From: Rhabdothermincola salaria | GTDB taxonomy: Bacteria > Actinomycetota > Acidimicrobiia > Acidimicrobiales > Acidimicrobilacustridaceae | DNA length: 62,060 nucleotides | Reading direction: 5' to 3' | Assembly (NCBI RefSeq): GCF_021246445.1 | Contig: NZ_JAJQXW010000002.1 | Location: 806,001 to 868,060, forward strand | Part shown: one piece after another, positions 28,081 to 42,163 of the stretch | Layout of the letters: every line of letters begins with the position of its first letter | How positions within the stretch are numbered: position 1 is the stretch's first letter | Translations under genes and position numbers: made by a program | Notes under the pieces: generated by a model | Database searches by the model: none | What the model saw: only the letters and a program-made list of their open reading frames with translations | Told to the model about the DNA's origin: nothing

Positions 28081-29180
28081 CGCTCTCCCTCCGGGAACGG
28101 GCCGTCGCAGCGGCCCTCGGCGTGCACCAGCTCCACGACCTGTTCGAGGATCCCCGGGTCGAGCTCGGGGAGCACCCCGTGACCGAGGTTGAACACGTGG
28201 CCCGGGTGCCCGGCGTTGCGGGTGAGGACGTCGCGGGTGGCTTCGGCCACGACGTCCCAGGGAGCCAGGCACAGAGCCGGATCGAGGTTGCCCTGCAGGG
28301 CCACGTGCTCGGGCACCCGGGTGCGGGCCACGTCGATGGGCACCCGCCAGTCGACGCCCACGACGTCGACCCCGGCGGCGGCCATGAGGCCGAGCAGCTC
28401 GCCGGTGCCCACACCGAAGTGGATGCGGGGGACGTCGAGGTCGGCCACCTCGGCGAAGAGTCGCCGGCTGTGGGGCAGGACGAACTGCTGGTACACGGGT
28501 GGGCTGAGGGCACCGGCCCAGCTGTCGAAGACCTGCAGTGCCTGGGCGCCGGCGTCGACCTGGCTGCGCAGCGACACCACCGCCAGGTCGACCAGGCGGT
28601 CCATGAGCTCGTGCCACAGGGCCGGGTCGCCGTGCATGAGGGCCTTGGTCAGCCCGTAGGTGCGAGAGGGGCGCCCTTCGATCAGGTAGCTGGCCACCGT
28701 GAAGGGGGCTCCGGCGAACCCGATCAGGGGCACCGTGAGCTCGCGGGAGAGGATGCGGACCGTCTCGAGCACGTACGGCGTGTCGGCCTCCGGGTCGAGC
28801 GGCCGGAGGCGATCGAGGTCGGCCGCGCCCCGGAAGGGGTCGGACACGACCGGCCCGACCCCGGGGACGACGTCGACCCCGAAGCCGATGGCGTGCACGG
28901 GGACGACGATGTCGGAGTACAAGATGGCGGCGTCGACGCCGTAGCGGCGCACCGGCTGCAGGGTGATCTCGGCCGAGAGCTCGGGGTCGGCGATGGCGTC
29001 GAGGATGCTGCCCGAGCCACGGACGGCCCGGTACTCGGGGAGCGAGCGACCGGCCTGGCGCATGAACCAGACGGGCACCCGGTCTCCCGGCCCACCCGGG
29101 ATGCCACGGCAGGCCCGCAGGAAGGGAGCGAGGTCAGGGGAGGCCGGGTCGGTGGCGGAGGCGGACTGGTCGGGAGGCAC
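28077..29180 (-). CDS. hemE: Uroporphyrinogen decarboxylase
   Basis: [27 protein letters not shown] and FNLGHG motifs. Confidence 0.96.
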   Translation of the reverse strand: MPPDQSASATDPASPDLAPFLRACRGIPGGPGDRVPVWFMRQAGRSLPEYRAVRGSGSILDAIADPELSAEITLQPVRRYGVDAAILYSDIVVPVHAIGFGVDVVPGVGPVVSDPFRGAADLDRLRPLDPEADTPYVLETVRILSRELTVPLIGFAGAPFTVASYLIEGRPSRTYGLTKALMHGDPALWHELMDRLVDLAVVSLRSQVDAGAQALQVFDSWAGALSPPVYQQFVLPHSRRLFAEVADLDVPRIHFGVGTGELLGLMAAAGVDVVGVDWRVPIDVARTRVPEHVALQGNLDPALCLAPWDVVAEATRDVLTRNAGHPGHVFNLGHGVLPELDPGILEQVVELVHAEGRCDGPFPEGER

Positions 29181-29372
29181 CCGGCCACGCTACGCCTCCG
29201 ACCTCGGCGGCTCCGAGTCGGCGAGCGGTGCGGTCCGCGGTGCGGTGCCCTCCCGGAGCGCGCCCGCGCTCGGTCCGACGCGGCTGCGCCCGGATAGGCT
29301 GTCCGATCCCCCGGTCGGCCGTTGCGGCCACCGGCTCGCACCCGTCGGCAGTGGCCGACACCCCGAGACACC

Positions 29373-31490
29373 ATGGCCAACCATCCCGATCTGGCTGCCG
29401 AGCAGGAGTACCTCGACCAGGCCTACGCGGCCCTCGAGGCCTCTCGGCGTGCGGCGACCCGTCTCACCTCGATGGTCGAGGTCGGGCGGGGCGGCACCGA
29501 GCAGGCCCGCTACGAGCGCGAGGTCATCCTCGACACCGTCGTCAACCGCCTCCAGCAGCTCGAGCTGGGCGACGCTGCGCTCTGCTTCGGTCGGATCGAC
29601 CGCGAGGACCCCGACGCCGGTGGGGACGGCACCGAGAGCTTCTACATCGGCCGCATCGCCGTCAGCGACGCCACCCAGGAGCCCCTGATCGTCGACTGGC
29701 GGGCCCCGGTGGCCGAGCCCTTCTACCGGGCCACCGGTCGCCAGTCCATGGGGCTGTCCCGCCGGCGCCACTTCGCCACGCGTGGCCGCACGCTGCTCGG
29801 CATCGAGGACGAGCTCTTCGGTGACGCCCTGGCCCAGTACGGGCTGGCCGCCGAGTCCGGTGAGCCCGAGACCGCCGGCGTCACCGGGCAGGGGGCGCTC
29901 TTCTCGGCGCTCGAGACGGCGCGCACGGGCAAGCTCGGCGACATCGTCGCCACCATCCAGGGTGAGCAGGACGAGATCATCCGCAGTCCGCTGCCGGGGG
30001 TGCTGGTGGTCCAGGGCGGGCCCGGCACCGGCAAGACGGTCGTGGCCCTGCACCGGGCGGCCTACCTGCTCTACACGCACCGGTTCCCCCTCGAGGGCCA
30101 AGGGGTGCTGGTGGTCGGTCCCAACCGCCTCTTCCTCGGCTACATCGAGCAGGTGCTGCCCTCGTTGGGCGAAGCGGGCGTCGAGCTGGTCGTGCTCCCC
30201 GACCTGGTCGACGACGTCCGCATCCAGGGCTACGACCGAGGCCTCACCGCCCGGGTCAAAGGCGATCCCCGCATGGCCAAGTTCCTCGCCCGGGCGGTGC
30301 GCGACCGCGAGCTCCCCCTGCGCTCGGACCTCCACGTCGGCTACGGGTTGCAGCGCCTCACCCTCACGCGCGAGCGCAGTGCTCGCATCGTGGCCGAGGC
30401 CCGCCGTCGGTATCGACGCCACAACTCGGGGCGGCGCTACGTCGAGGGCGAGGTGTACGCCGAGCTGGCCCTGTCCGGTCGTGACGAGCTCGATGCCTCC
30501 GAGGTGCGCGAGCGGCTCCGCCACGACATCTCCGTGCGAGAGGCGCTCGAGTGGATGTGGCCGGTCCTCACCCCGGCCCAGCTGCTCCACGACCTGTACG
30601 GGGCGCCGTCGTTGTTGCGCCACGCCGCCCGCGACCTGCTCACCGACGACGAGTGGCGGTCGTTGCGCCGACCCCGATCGGAGCGGGTCGAGGACGTCGT
30701 CTGGGCCACCGACGACGCCCCCCTGCTCGACGAGGCCAAGGCCGTCCTCGGCCCCAAGCCGCGCCGCAAGCGCCCCGGTGACCACGACGACGAGGTGCGC
30801 ACCTACGGCCACATCGTGGTCGACGAGGCCCAGGACCTCTCGCCCATGCAGCTGCGGATGCTCGATCGCCGGTCGCTCAACGGCTCGATGACCATCGTCG
30901 GCGACATCGCCCAGGCCACCGGACAGTGGGCCCACGCCTCGTGGGACGAGATCCTCGAGCGCCTCCCCGCCAAGCGCCCACCGCGCCGGGCCGAGCTCAC
31001 CCTCGGCTACCGGCTGCCGGCGCCGATCATGGACCTGGCGGCGCGGGTGCTGCGCCACGCCGCCCCCGACCTCACGCCGCCGCGTTCGGTACGAGAGGAC
31101 GGCACCGCCCCCACCGTCCGCCGGGTCGGACCCGGGCAGCTCTCGGCCGAGGCGGTGGCCACCGTGCTGGCCGAGCGGACCGCCGTCGACCCCGGCCAGG
31201 TGGCCGTCATCTGCTCGGCCTCGATGGTCGAACCCTTGTGCAACGCCCTGTCGAACGCCGAGGTCCCCTTCGGTCGGGCCACTCGCGCCGGGCTCGACCA
31301 CCAGGTCACGGTGGTCGAGGTGGGGTTGGTGAAGGGCCTCGAGGTCGATGCCGCCGTGGTGGTCGAGCCCGAGGCGATCGTCGCCGAGGAGGCCCAGGGT
31401 GAGCGGGCGCTCTACGTGGCGCTCACCCGAGCCACCAAGCGGCTCGCCGTCGTCCACGAGGCCCCGCTGCCGGCCTGCCTCGACGAGTAG
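29373..31490 (+). CDS. helD: HelD-family RNA polymerase-binding SF1 ATPase
   Basis: FGRID, YIGR, DWRAPVA, IVATIQGEQD, GGPGTGKTVVALHR, DEAQD, KGLE and YVALTR motifs. Confidence 0.9.
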   Translation: MANHPDLAAEQEYLDQAYAALEASRRAATRLTSMVEVGRGGTEQARYEREVILDTVVNRLQQLELGDAALCFGRIDREDPDAGGDGTESFYIGRIAVSDATQEPLIVDWRAPVAEPFYRATGRQSMGLSRRRHFATRGRTLLGIEDELFGDALAQYGLAAESGEPETAGVTGQGALFSALETARTGKLGDIVATIQGEQDEIIRSPLPGVLVVQGGPGTGKTVVALHRAAYLLYTHRFPLEGQGVLVVGPNRLFLGYIEQVLPSLGEAGVELVVLPDLVDDVRIQGYDRGLTARVKGDPRMAKFLARAVRDRELPLRSDLHVGYGLQRLTLTRERSARIVAEARRRYRRHNSGRRYVEGEVYAELALSGRDELDASEVRERLRHDISVREALEWMWPVLTPAQLLHDLYGAPSLLRHAARDLLTDDEWRSLRRPRSERVEDVVWATDDAPLLDEAKAVLGPKPRRKRPGDHDDEVRTYGHIVVDEAQDLSPMQLRMLDRRSLNGSMTIVGDIAQATGQWAHASWDEILERLPAKRPPRRAELTLGYRLPAPIMDLAARVLRHAAPDLTPPRSVREDGTAPTVRRVGPGQLSAEAVATVLAERTAVDPGQVAVICSASMVEPLCNALSNAEVPFGRATRAGLDHQVTVVEVGLVKGLEVDAAVVVEPEAIVAEEAQGERALYVALTRATKRLAVVHEAPLPACLDE

Positions 31491-31523
31491 TCCGGCCATC
31501 CGGCGGCCGAGGAGCGGTGCCGC

Positions 31524-32195
31524 TCAGGCGGCGGTGACGAGGATGCGTCCGCTGGCGAAGGCGCCGATGCCGACCCGGTTGCCGCCGACCTCGACGGTGG
31601 TGGTGCCGTCGGGGGACGTGGCGGTGACGAGGCCCTTGTTGCCGGGCAGCAGCGACGACTCCTCGAGGAAGTCGAGGATGCCCGGGGTGAACTCCAGCTC
31701 CTCGGGGATGCGGCTGACGACGAAACGGGAGCCGACCGAGAGGCTGTCGAGGCTCACCGCGTCCGGCGCGTCGTAGTCGGTGCCGGGGATCGGGTTGCCG
31801 TGCGGGCAGGTGGTGGGCGCGCCCAGCACCGACATCATGGCGGTCTCGACGGTGGGGGAGATGACGTGCTCCCAGCGACCGGCCTCGACGTGGGCGTCGG
31901 CCCACGAGAGGCCGAGGATGTCGGTGAGGAACCGCTCGGCCAGACGATGGCGGCGCACCACGCTCTCGGCCAGCTCGGCGCCGTTGGCCGTGAGCTTGAT
32001 CGCCCCGGCGTCGACGGTGACCAGCCCCGCCTTGTCCATCTTGCGGATCATCTCCGACACCGCCGGCCGCGAGACGTCGAGCCGTTCGGCGATGCGGGCC
32101 TGGATGACGTCGAGGTCGTCTTCGCGGAGCTCGAAGATGGCCTCGCAGTACTCCTCGAAGGCCGGATGCCATTCACGGGTCGCGGGCGGTGCCAT
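31524..32195 (-). CDS. DtxR/IdeR/MntR family metal-dependent regulator
   Basis: EEYCEAI, RRHRLAERFL, EAGRWEH and CPHGNPIPG; C-terminal SH3/FeoA-like region. Confidence 0.92.
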   Translation of the reverse strand: MAPPATREWHPAFEEYCEAIFELREDDLDVIQARIAERLDVSRPAVSEMIRKMDKAGLVTVDAGAIKLTANGAELAESVVRRHRLAERFLTDILGLSWADAHVEAGRWEHVISPTVETAMMSVLGAPTTCPHGNPIPGTDYDAPDAVSLDSLSVGSRFVVSRIPEELEFTPGILDFLEESSLLPGNKGLVTATSPDGTTTVEVGGNRVGIGAFASGRILVTAA

Positions 32196-32311
32196 GGCTG
32201 GCAGTCTACGGGTCGGTCGCCGCCTTGGGCGGGTCGGTCGCAGGAGTTCACCGGCCGTTCGGATGGAGCCGGGCCGGTCCGGGGGTCGCCGGCCCTGGGT
32301 ACCGTGACCGG

Positions 32312-36920
<4,609 letters not shown>

Positions 36921-36934
<14 letters not shown>

Positions 36935-37763
36935 CACCATCCACCGCACCGCAGCCCGGTTGCGTCCGGCGCTCGAGGGGCGGGCGTTGGTGCGGATGGA
37001 GGCTCGACGGCTGCCCCCGCCCCTGCCGGGGCCAGGCACCGTCGTCACCTCGGTCGGCGCCGAGGGCAAGCACCTGCTGATCGCCTTCGACGACGGCTGG
37101 GTGCTCCAGACCCACATGCGCATGACCGGCAGCTGGCACCTCTACCGACGCGGCGAACGGTGGCGCAAGCCGGCGCACCTGGCCCGGGTGGTGCTCGAGG
37201 TGGGAGGGACCGACCGTCGCCCCGAGGGTCCCGAGCCCATCGACGACGGCTGGGTGGCGGTGTGCTTCTCGGCTCCGGTGGTCGAGCTCGTGCGCGCCCC
37301 GCGCACCGGCCACCTCGGGCCGGACCTGTGCCGCAGCGACGCCGACCTCGCCGAGACGGTTCGACGCATGGGGTCACTCGACCCCACCACCGCCCTCGCC
37401 GAGGTCCTGCTCGACCAGCGCGTGTGCTGCGGTGTCGGCAACGTCTACAAGAGCGAGGTGCCCTTCGCTCTGGGCCTTCATCCGTCGACACCGGTCGGCC
37501 ACCTCGACGGCGACACGCGCTGGCGCGTGGTGGCCACCGCCGCCCGTCAGCTGCGAGCCAACCTCACCACCACGGCGCGCACGACCTGGCCGGGCCCGCC
37601 CGGCACCCTCGCCGTGTACGGCCGCAAGGGCGAGCCCTGCCGGCGCTGCGCCACCCCCGTGCGCATGGCCCGCACCGGGCCCCAGGCCCGCAGCACCTAC
37701 TGGTGCCCCACCTGCCAACCCCCTCCTGCTGCCGGGCTGTCGGCGCCGCGCCCACCTTCCTGA
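36921..37763 (+). CDS. nei: Fpg/Nei family DNA glycosylase
   Basis: N-terminal PEGD, GKHLL, H2TH LLDQ...GVGNVY, zinc finger CRRC...CPTCQ. Adjacent to lhr. Confidence 0.93.
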
Positions 37764-37807
37764 CCCCTGTCCGATCCGGCGGTGGCACGCCGAGCTCCGT
37801 CGCAGTC

Positions 37808-38749
37808 TCATGAGGGCACCACCGCCCGATCGAGCCCGGTCAGCTTCTCGGGAGCGAGCACCAGCCGGATGGCCCGAACCCGTCCGGTGTCGTCCGGGTC
37901 GGCGGTGAGCACGGCGATCGGCTCCGCCGCGGTGCGGGCCACGACCGCGAGCGAACCGTTGACCTCGACGAGCTCGATGTCGCTCGCGTCCAGGCGCGAT
38001 GTGACGTTGATCAAGAAGCGCGTCACCCTCGGGGCTCCCCGGACCGGACGGCGGGCGGCATGGCGGGAGGGGCCGCCGTCGGTGACGAGCTCGGCGTCAG
38101 GGGCGAGCAGGGCCATCGTGGCGTCGACGTCGCCGGCGGCGACGGCCGCCGCCAACCGGGCGGCGAGGTCCCAGCCCACCGAGGTGCGGCCGGGTGCCGG
38201 CGCCGCGGACCGCACCCGCCGACGGGCGCGGCTGGCGGCTTTCCGGCACGCCTCCGGCGAACGACCGACGGTGGAGGCGATCTCTGCGTACGGCACGCCG
38301 AAGACGTCCGCCATCAGGAACACCACCCGGTCCTCGGGGCTCAGGGTGTCGAGTACCACGAGCACGCCGAGGGTCAGCGTGGCCGCCCGGTCGACGGCGA
38401 CGGCGGGATCCATCCCCGGCGCACCGCCGGGGTCGGCGGTGGGCTCCCCGAGGTCGGTGCGGACGGGTTCGGGCAGCCAGGGACCCACGTAGGTCTCGCG
38501 CCGACGCACGGCGAGCCGCAACCGGTCGAGGGCCAGTCGGCTGGTCACCGTGGTGAGCCACGCCGCCAGGTTGCGAGGTTCCTCCTCGACGCGCTGGTAG
38601 CGCAACCAGGCGTCCTGCACCGCGTCCTCGGCCTCGGCGCGCGAACCGAGGATGCGGTAGGCGACGCCCACGAGGCGGAGGCGTTCGGCGTCGAACCCCA
38701 TGGCGCGGGTGTCGACTGCGGCTGGCGTGGCGCCGCGGTCGCTCGTCAC
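37808..38749 (-). CDS. ECF41 (SigJ-like) sigma factor with SnoaL-like C-terminal extension
   Basis: AYRILGSRAEAEDAVQDAW, YVGPWLPEP, TDGG and PEKL motifs. Confidence 0.9.
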   Translation of the reverse strand: MTSDRGATPAAVDTRAMGFDAERLRLVGVAYRILGSRAEAEDAVQDAWLRYQRVEEEPRNLAAWLTTVTSRLALDRLRLAVRRRETYVGPWLPEPVRTDLGEPTADPGGAPGMDPAVAVDRAATLTLGVLVVLDTLSPEDRVVFLMADVFGVPYAEIASTVGRSPEACRKAASRARRRVRSAAPAPGRTSVGWDLAARLAAAVAAGDVDATMALLAPDAELVTDGGPSRHAARRPVRGAPRVTRFLINVTSRLDASDIELVEVNGSLAVVARTAAEPIAVLTADPDDTGRVRAIRLVLAPEKLTGLDRAVVPS

Positions 38750-40119
38750 GAGCGGTGGTCCGCGCGGGCGTCCAGGTGGGCGACCGCGGCGCGCCCGGCT
38801 GCTTCGCCGCTGGCCAGGGAGGCGTCGGCCAGGAAGCCCACCTCCCCCACCCAGTCGCCGGCGACCCACACGCCGGACCGGCCGGGGGCGTGGATCGTCG
38901 GGCGGCCCGCCAGGCCGCCGCTGTCGGGCGTGGGCAGCGCCCCGACCACCGTCATGCGATGAAGGTAGCGGTCGACGGCGACGAGGTCGTCCGTGATGCC
39001 GGCCCGGCGGGCCAGCGCCTCGAGCGTCGCCCGGGTGTGGCGGCGGTCCGGTTCCTCCCCGGTGCGGTGGTTCACCAAGGCGTGGACCAACGCCTGGCCG
39101 GGAGGGGCCAGCCGGGCGGCGGGAGCGTGGGCGATGAGGTAGAGGGGGCGGTCGACACCGACGAGGACCGGTCGTGGGGGTGGGCGACGAAGGCCCATGT
39201 CCAGGCAGGACACCCGAACGGGGTGGCCCAACCCGGGCCAGGCGGCCGTGGCAGTGGTGCCGAGTAGGCGGGCGCAGGTCTCGGGACCCCCGGCGGCGAC
39301 CACCACGGCGTCGCCGGTCCACGTCCCCGCAGGGGTCTCCACCACGGTCCGGCCGTCGTGGCGGGCCACCTGCCGGGCCCGTTCGTCGGTCCAGGTGACG
39401 TCGCCGGCTGCGGCGGCGAGAGCCTCCCGGAGGGCGTCGACGAGCTGGCCCCAGCCGCCGTGCAGGTAGTCGACCCCGTGGCGGGCGGCGCGCAGCTGTC
39501 CGACCGCGACGTCGGCCGACGCCCGGTCGGTGTCCGCCACGTAGGTGGTGATGCGCACGACGGTGCGGGCCAGGTCCCGCCACCGCGCCGCGACGGTGGC
39601 CTCGAGCCACTCGTCGATGCTCAGGTGGGCGACGGCTGCGGGGTCGGTGCGGGTCGCGGCGCGCACCAGGCGGACCAGGGCGGCCAGCCCGCGGGGGCCC
39701 ACCCCGCCCGGGGCCGCCAGCTGGCGGGCCCGGAGCCCGACCAGCACGTCGGGTGTGCGGGGGTCGCCCCAGAGCAGCGCACCGCCGCCAGGTGGGCCGG
39801 CACCGTCTGGTTCGATGCCGAGGCGGGCCAGGACCTCGGTCCCGGGTGCCCGTCGGTAGAGGGCGTGTGGCCCCCGGTTGAGGGCGAAGCCGCCGTGATG
39901 ATCCGTGCGGGCCCGCCCGCCGGGCGTCAGCCCACCGAGCACGGTGACCGATCGACCGGCGCGGGCGATCGTGGCCGCGGCGGCGAGACCGGCCAAGCCG
40001 GCGCCCACCACGATCGCGTCGCGGTCGCGAGGCCCGGGCCGCCCGGCGCCGTCATCGTCGGGGGTGTCGTGTCGGGCTCGGTCGGTGTCCGGTGGGTGGT
40101 GGTGGGTCGGCGCCGCCAT
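38746..40119 (-). CDS. FAD-dependent oxidoreductase (phytoene-desaturase-like)
   Basis: GAGLAGL, GGRART, GPHALY and AGDWVG motifs. AGGAGG RBS. Confidence 0.88.
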   Translation of the reverse strand: MAAPTHHHPPDTDRARHDTPDDDGAGRPGPRDRDAIVVGAGLAGLAAAATIARAGRSVTVLGGLTPGGRARTDHHGGFALNRGPHALYRRAPGTEVLARLGIEPDGAGPPGGGALLWGDPRTPDVLVGLRARQLAAPGGVGPRGLAALVRLVRAATRTDPAAVAHLSIDEWLEATVAARWRDLARTVVRITTYVADTDRASADVAVGQLRAARHGVDYLHGGWGQLVDALREALAAAAGDVTWTDERARQVARHDGRTVVETPAGTWTGDAVVVAAGGPETCARLLGTTATAAWPGLGHPVRVSCLDMGLRRPPPRPVLVGVDRPLYLIAHAPAARLAPPGQALVHALVNHRTGEEPDRRHTRATLEALARRAGITDDLVAVDRYLHRMTVVGALPTPDSGGLAGRPTIHAPGRSGVWVAGDWVGEVGFLADASLASGEAAGRAAVAHLDARADHRS

Positions 40120-40161
40120 GGCGTCCTCCTGGTCGCTGAGGTGTCGCTCCGTCGACGGATC

Positions 40162-40188
40162 GACGACGGCCGGACCCCGAACGTGACC
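40162..40188 (-). promoter_or_regulatory. Putative ECF41 target promoter
   Basis: GGTCACG-N16-CGTC on the minus strand, versus the ECF41 consensus TGTCACA-N16-CGTC. Confidence 0.6.
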
Positions 40189-40366
40189 GCGAGCGCCCGG
40201 ATGTGACGACCATCACCGTCCCTCCGCCCGGTCGAACGGCCGGTGCTGGTGGCCACCGATGGTCCGGTCCGGGCGCGCGTCGTCCTCCCCGCCGGCTCGA
40301 CGAGGAGGACGAACGTGAGGGTCTGGTCGGCCCGAGCTCCGGGCCGTTCGGCCGGCTGGCCGTGCG

Positions 40367-41350
40367 TCAGCGGCCGCTGATGGCGAGCAGGTACTCGACC
40401 AGCGTGCGGGTCTCGGGGCCCACGATGCCGTCGGCGGTGAGCCCGAAGAACGCCTGGAAGGCCGTGGTGACCTGGACGGTGTTCTGTCCGAAGATGCCGT
40501 CGACGGCCAGACCCACGCCGAGGAGCCGGTTCAGGTCGTTCTGCCACTGGGCCACGGCGGGACCGCGGTCGCCTCGCTCGAGAATCTGGATGGAGCGCTC
40601 GTCGTCGATGACGATCGCCCGCACCTCGACGCCGTCGCCGTCGTAGGCTCGCACCACGTCGACGCTGTCCGGGGGCAGGGCGCTGACCCAGACGATCCGA
40701 TCGGTGCCGCGCACGTCGGCCACCATGTCGGCGGGAAGGGGCTCGGCCTCGGGCTCCCCGGTGTCGAGGGCGACCTGGCCGATGGTCGGCTGGGCGCTGC
40801 CGAGGAGCACCAGGCGTTCACCGACCTGGACCGTCTGGGCGCTCACCTCGTAGGGCGGCAGGGGGCCGCACTCGACGTTCCAGTCGTCGCCGGCGAGCAC
40901 CTCGAAGCAGAAGCCGCCCTCGCTCTGGTAGCCGTTCACCTCGTAGCCCTCGTAGGCCACCAGGGCGGTGTAGTCGCGAGTGATGGCGAGCAGGTAGCGC
41001 ATCAACGTGCGCGTGTTCTCGCCCACGATTCCGTCGGCGCGCAGCCCGAAGAAGGCCTGGAAGTTGGATGTCGCCTGCTCGGTGGTGGTGTCGTAGACCC
41101 CGTCGACGTCGAGGTCGGCGCCGGTGAGGATGTTCATCTGGCGTTGCCAGGCGGCCACGGACTGGCCGGTGTCGCCGAGCGAGAGCAGCGGCCGGTCGGA
41201 GATGCCGGCCAGCGTGGCGGTCGGTGCACCGGTGGATTCCTGCACGGCGGGTTCCGCCGACTGGGCGGCGGCCGCGGAAGGTGCCGCCGCCACCAGGGCC
41301 ATGCTGAGGGCGGTGGCGGGGAGTGCCGAGAAGAGAGCGCGTGGGTTCAC
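40367..41350 (-). CDS. Secreted protein with two peptidoglycan-binding (PG_binding_1-like) domains
   Basis: Signal peptide; two copies of LxxGDxGxxVxxWQ...DGxF/Y...FQ...GLxADGIVGxxT. CAGGAG RBS before GTG 41350. Confidence 0.85.
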   Translation of the reverse strand: MNPRALFSALPATALSMALVAAAPSAAAAQSAEPAVQESTGAPTATLAGISDRPLLSLGDTGQSVAAWQRQMNILTGADLDVDGVYDTTTEQATSNFQAFFGLRADGIVGENTRTLMRYLLAITRDYTALVAYEGYEVNGYQSEGGFCFEVLAGDDWNVECGPLPPYEVSAQTVQVGERLVLLGSAQPTIGQVALDTGEPEAEPLPADMVADVRGTDRIVWVSALPPDSVDVVRAYDGDGVEVRAIVIDDERSIQILERGDRGPAVAQWQNDLNRLLGVGLAVDGIFGQNTVQVTTAFQAFFGLTADGIVGPETRTLVEYLLAISGR

Positions 41351-41510
41351 GAGGAAGATCTCCTGGGTCGTCGATGGGGATGTGGCCGTCAGCCCCTCAT
41401 GGTCCGGGGTGGGCGACGGCGTGTCGTTGACGCGCGCGCTACCCGATCCGACCACTCGTAGACCTCGCCGCCCCGGGCGAGGCCCCATCTCCCGTGCATG
41501 CCGTCCGGTC

Positions 41511-41750
41511 CTCGACGGTGGGATCGCCTGGTCGGCCTGGCTCGGTCTGCACCTCGTCTACCTGTTGGGCATGCGCAACCGGTTGTCCGTGCTCGTGAGC
41601 TGGTTCTGGAACTACCTCACGTGGGACCGGGGACCCCGGCTGATCCTGCGGCCCGAGACGTTGCCCCACAGCCTGCGGGTCGAGTCCGACGCCGTGGGCG
41701 TGTCGCCCGCCGACGAGGGCGACGTCAAGCCCGACCCATCGCCCGGGTGA
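41511..41750 (+). pseudogene. ndh: C-terminal remnant of a type II NADH dehydrogenase
   Basis: GGIAWSAWLGLHLVYLLGMRNRLSVLVSWFWNYLTWDRGPRLI resembles the NDH-2 membrane-anchor C-terminus. No FAD/NADH domains or nearby start upstream. Confidence 0.75.
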
Positions 41751-42120
41751 CGGCGATCTCGATCACCACCCGGTCGTCGCGCTGCTTGGGCGGGCGGTAG
41801 CGCTCGGTGTAGCGGCGTACGCCCTCGGCCACCGCGTCGGGGTCGGCGGTGACCGTGGCGATGCCTTCGATCGTGAGCCAGCGCCCGCCGTCCACCTGGC
41901 ACACGGCTGCGGCCACCGACCCCTGGCGGACGACGTTGCGGGCCTTGTGGCTGTCGGCCCAGGTGATCACTCGCACCAGGGACGCGTCGGGGTCCCAGGT
42001 GAAGCCCACGGCCACCACATGAGGGGTGCCGTCGGGGCGGATGGTGGTGAGGGTGGCGAGGTGGCGTTCGGTGAGGAACGCGGTGACCTCGGCGGGGAAG
42101 GCGGAGGGGTCGAGGGCCAT
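41725..42120 (-). CDS. PPOX-class (pyridoxamine oxidase-like) F420-dependent oxidoreductase
   Basis: LATLTTIRPDGTPHVV, KARN and RWLTIEG motifs. Confidence 0.88.
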   Translation of the reverse strand: MALDPSAFPAEVTAFLTERHLATLTTIRPDGTPHVVAVGFTWDPDASLVRVITWADSHKARNVVRQGSVAAAVCQVDGGRWLTIEGIATVTADPDAVAEGVRRYTERYRPPKQRDDRVVIEIAVTRAMGRA

Positions 42121-42163
42121 GGGTCGCTCCTGGCGGGATGGGGGGGCGTGTGGTGCGGTCGGG

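Noticed and set aside
29316..29335. Possible rifamycin-associated element (RAE) upstream of helD
   Set aside because: Only the TTGCGGC core matches (about 11 of 19 positions); insufficient to call HelR-type regulation.
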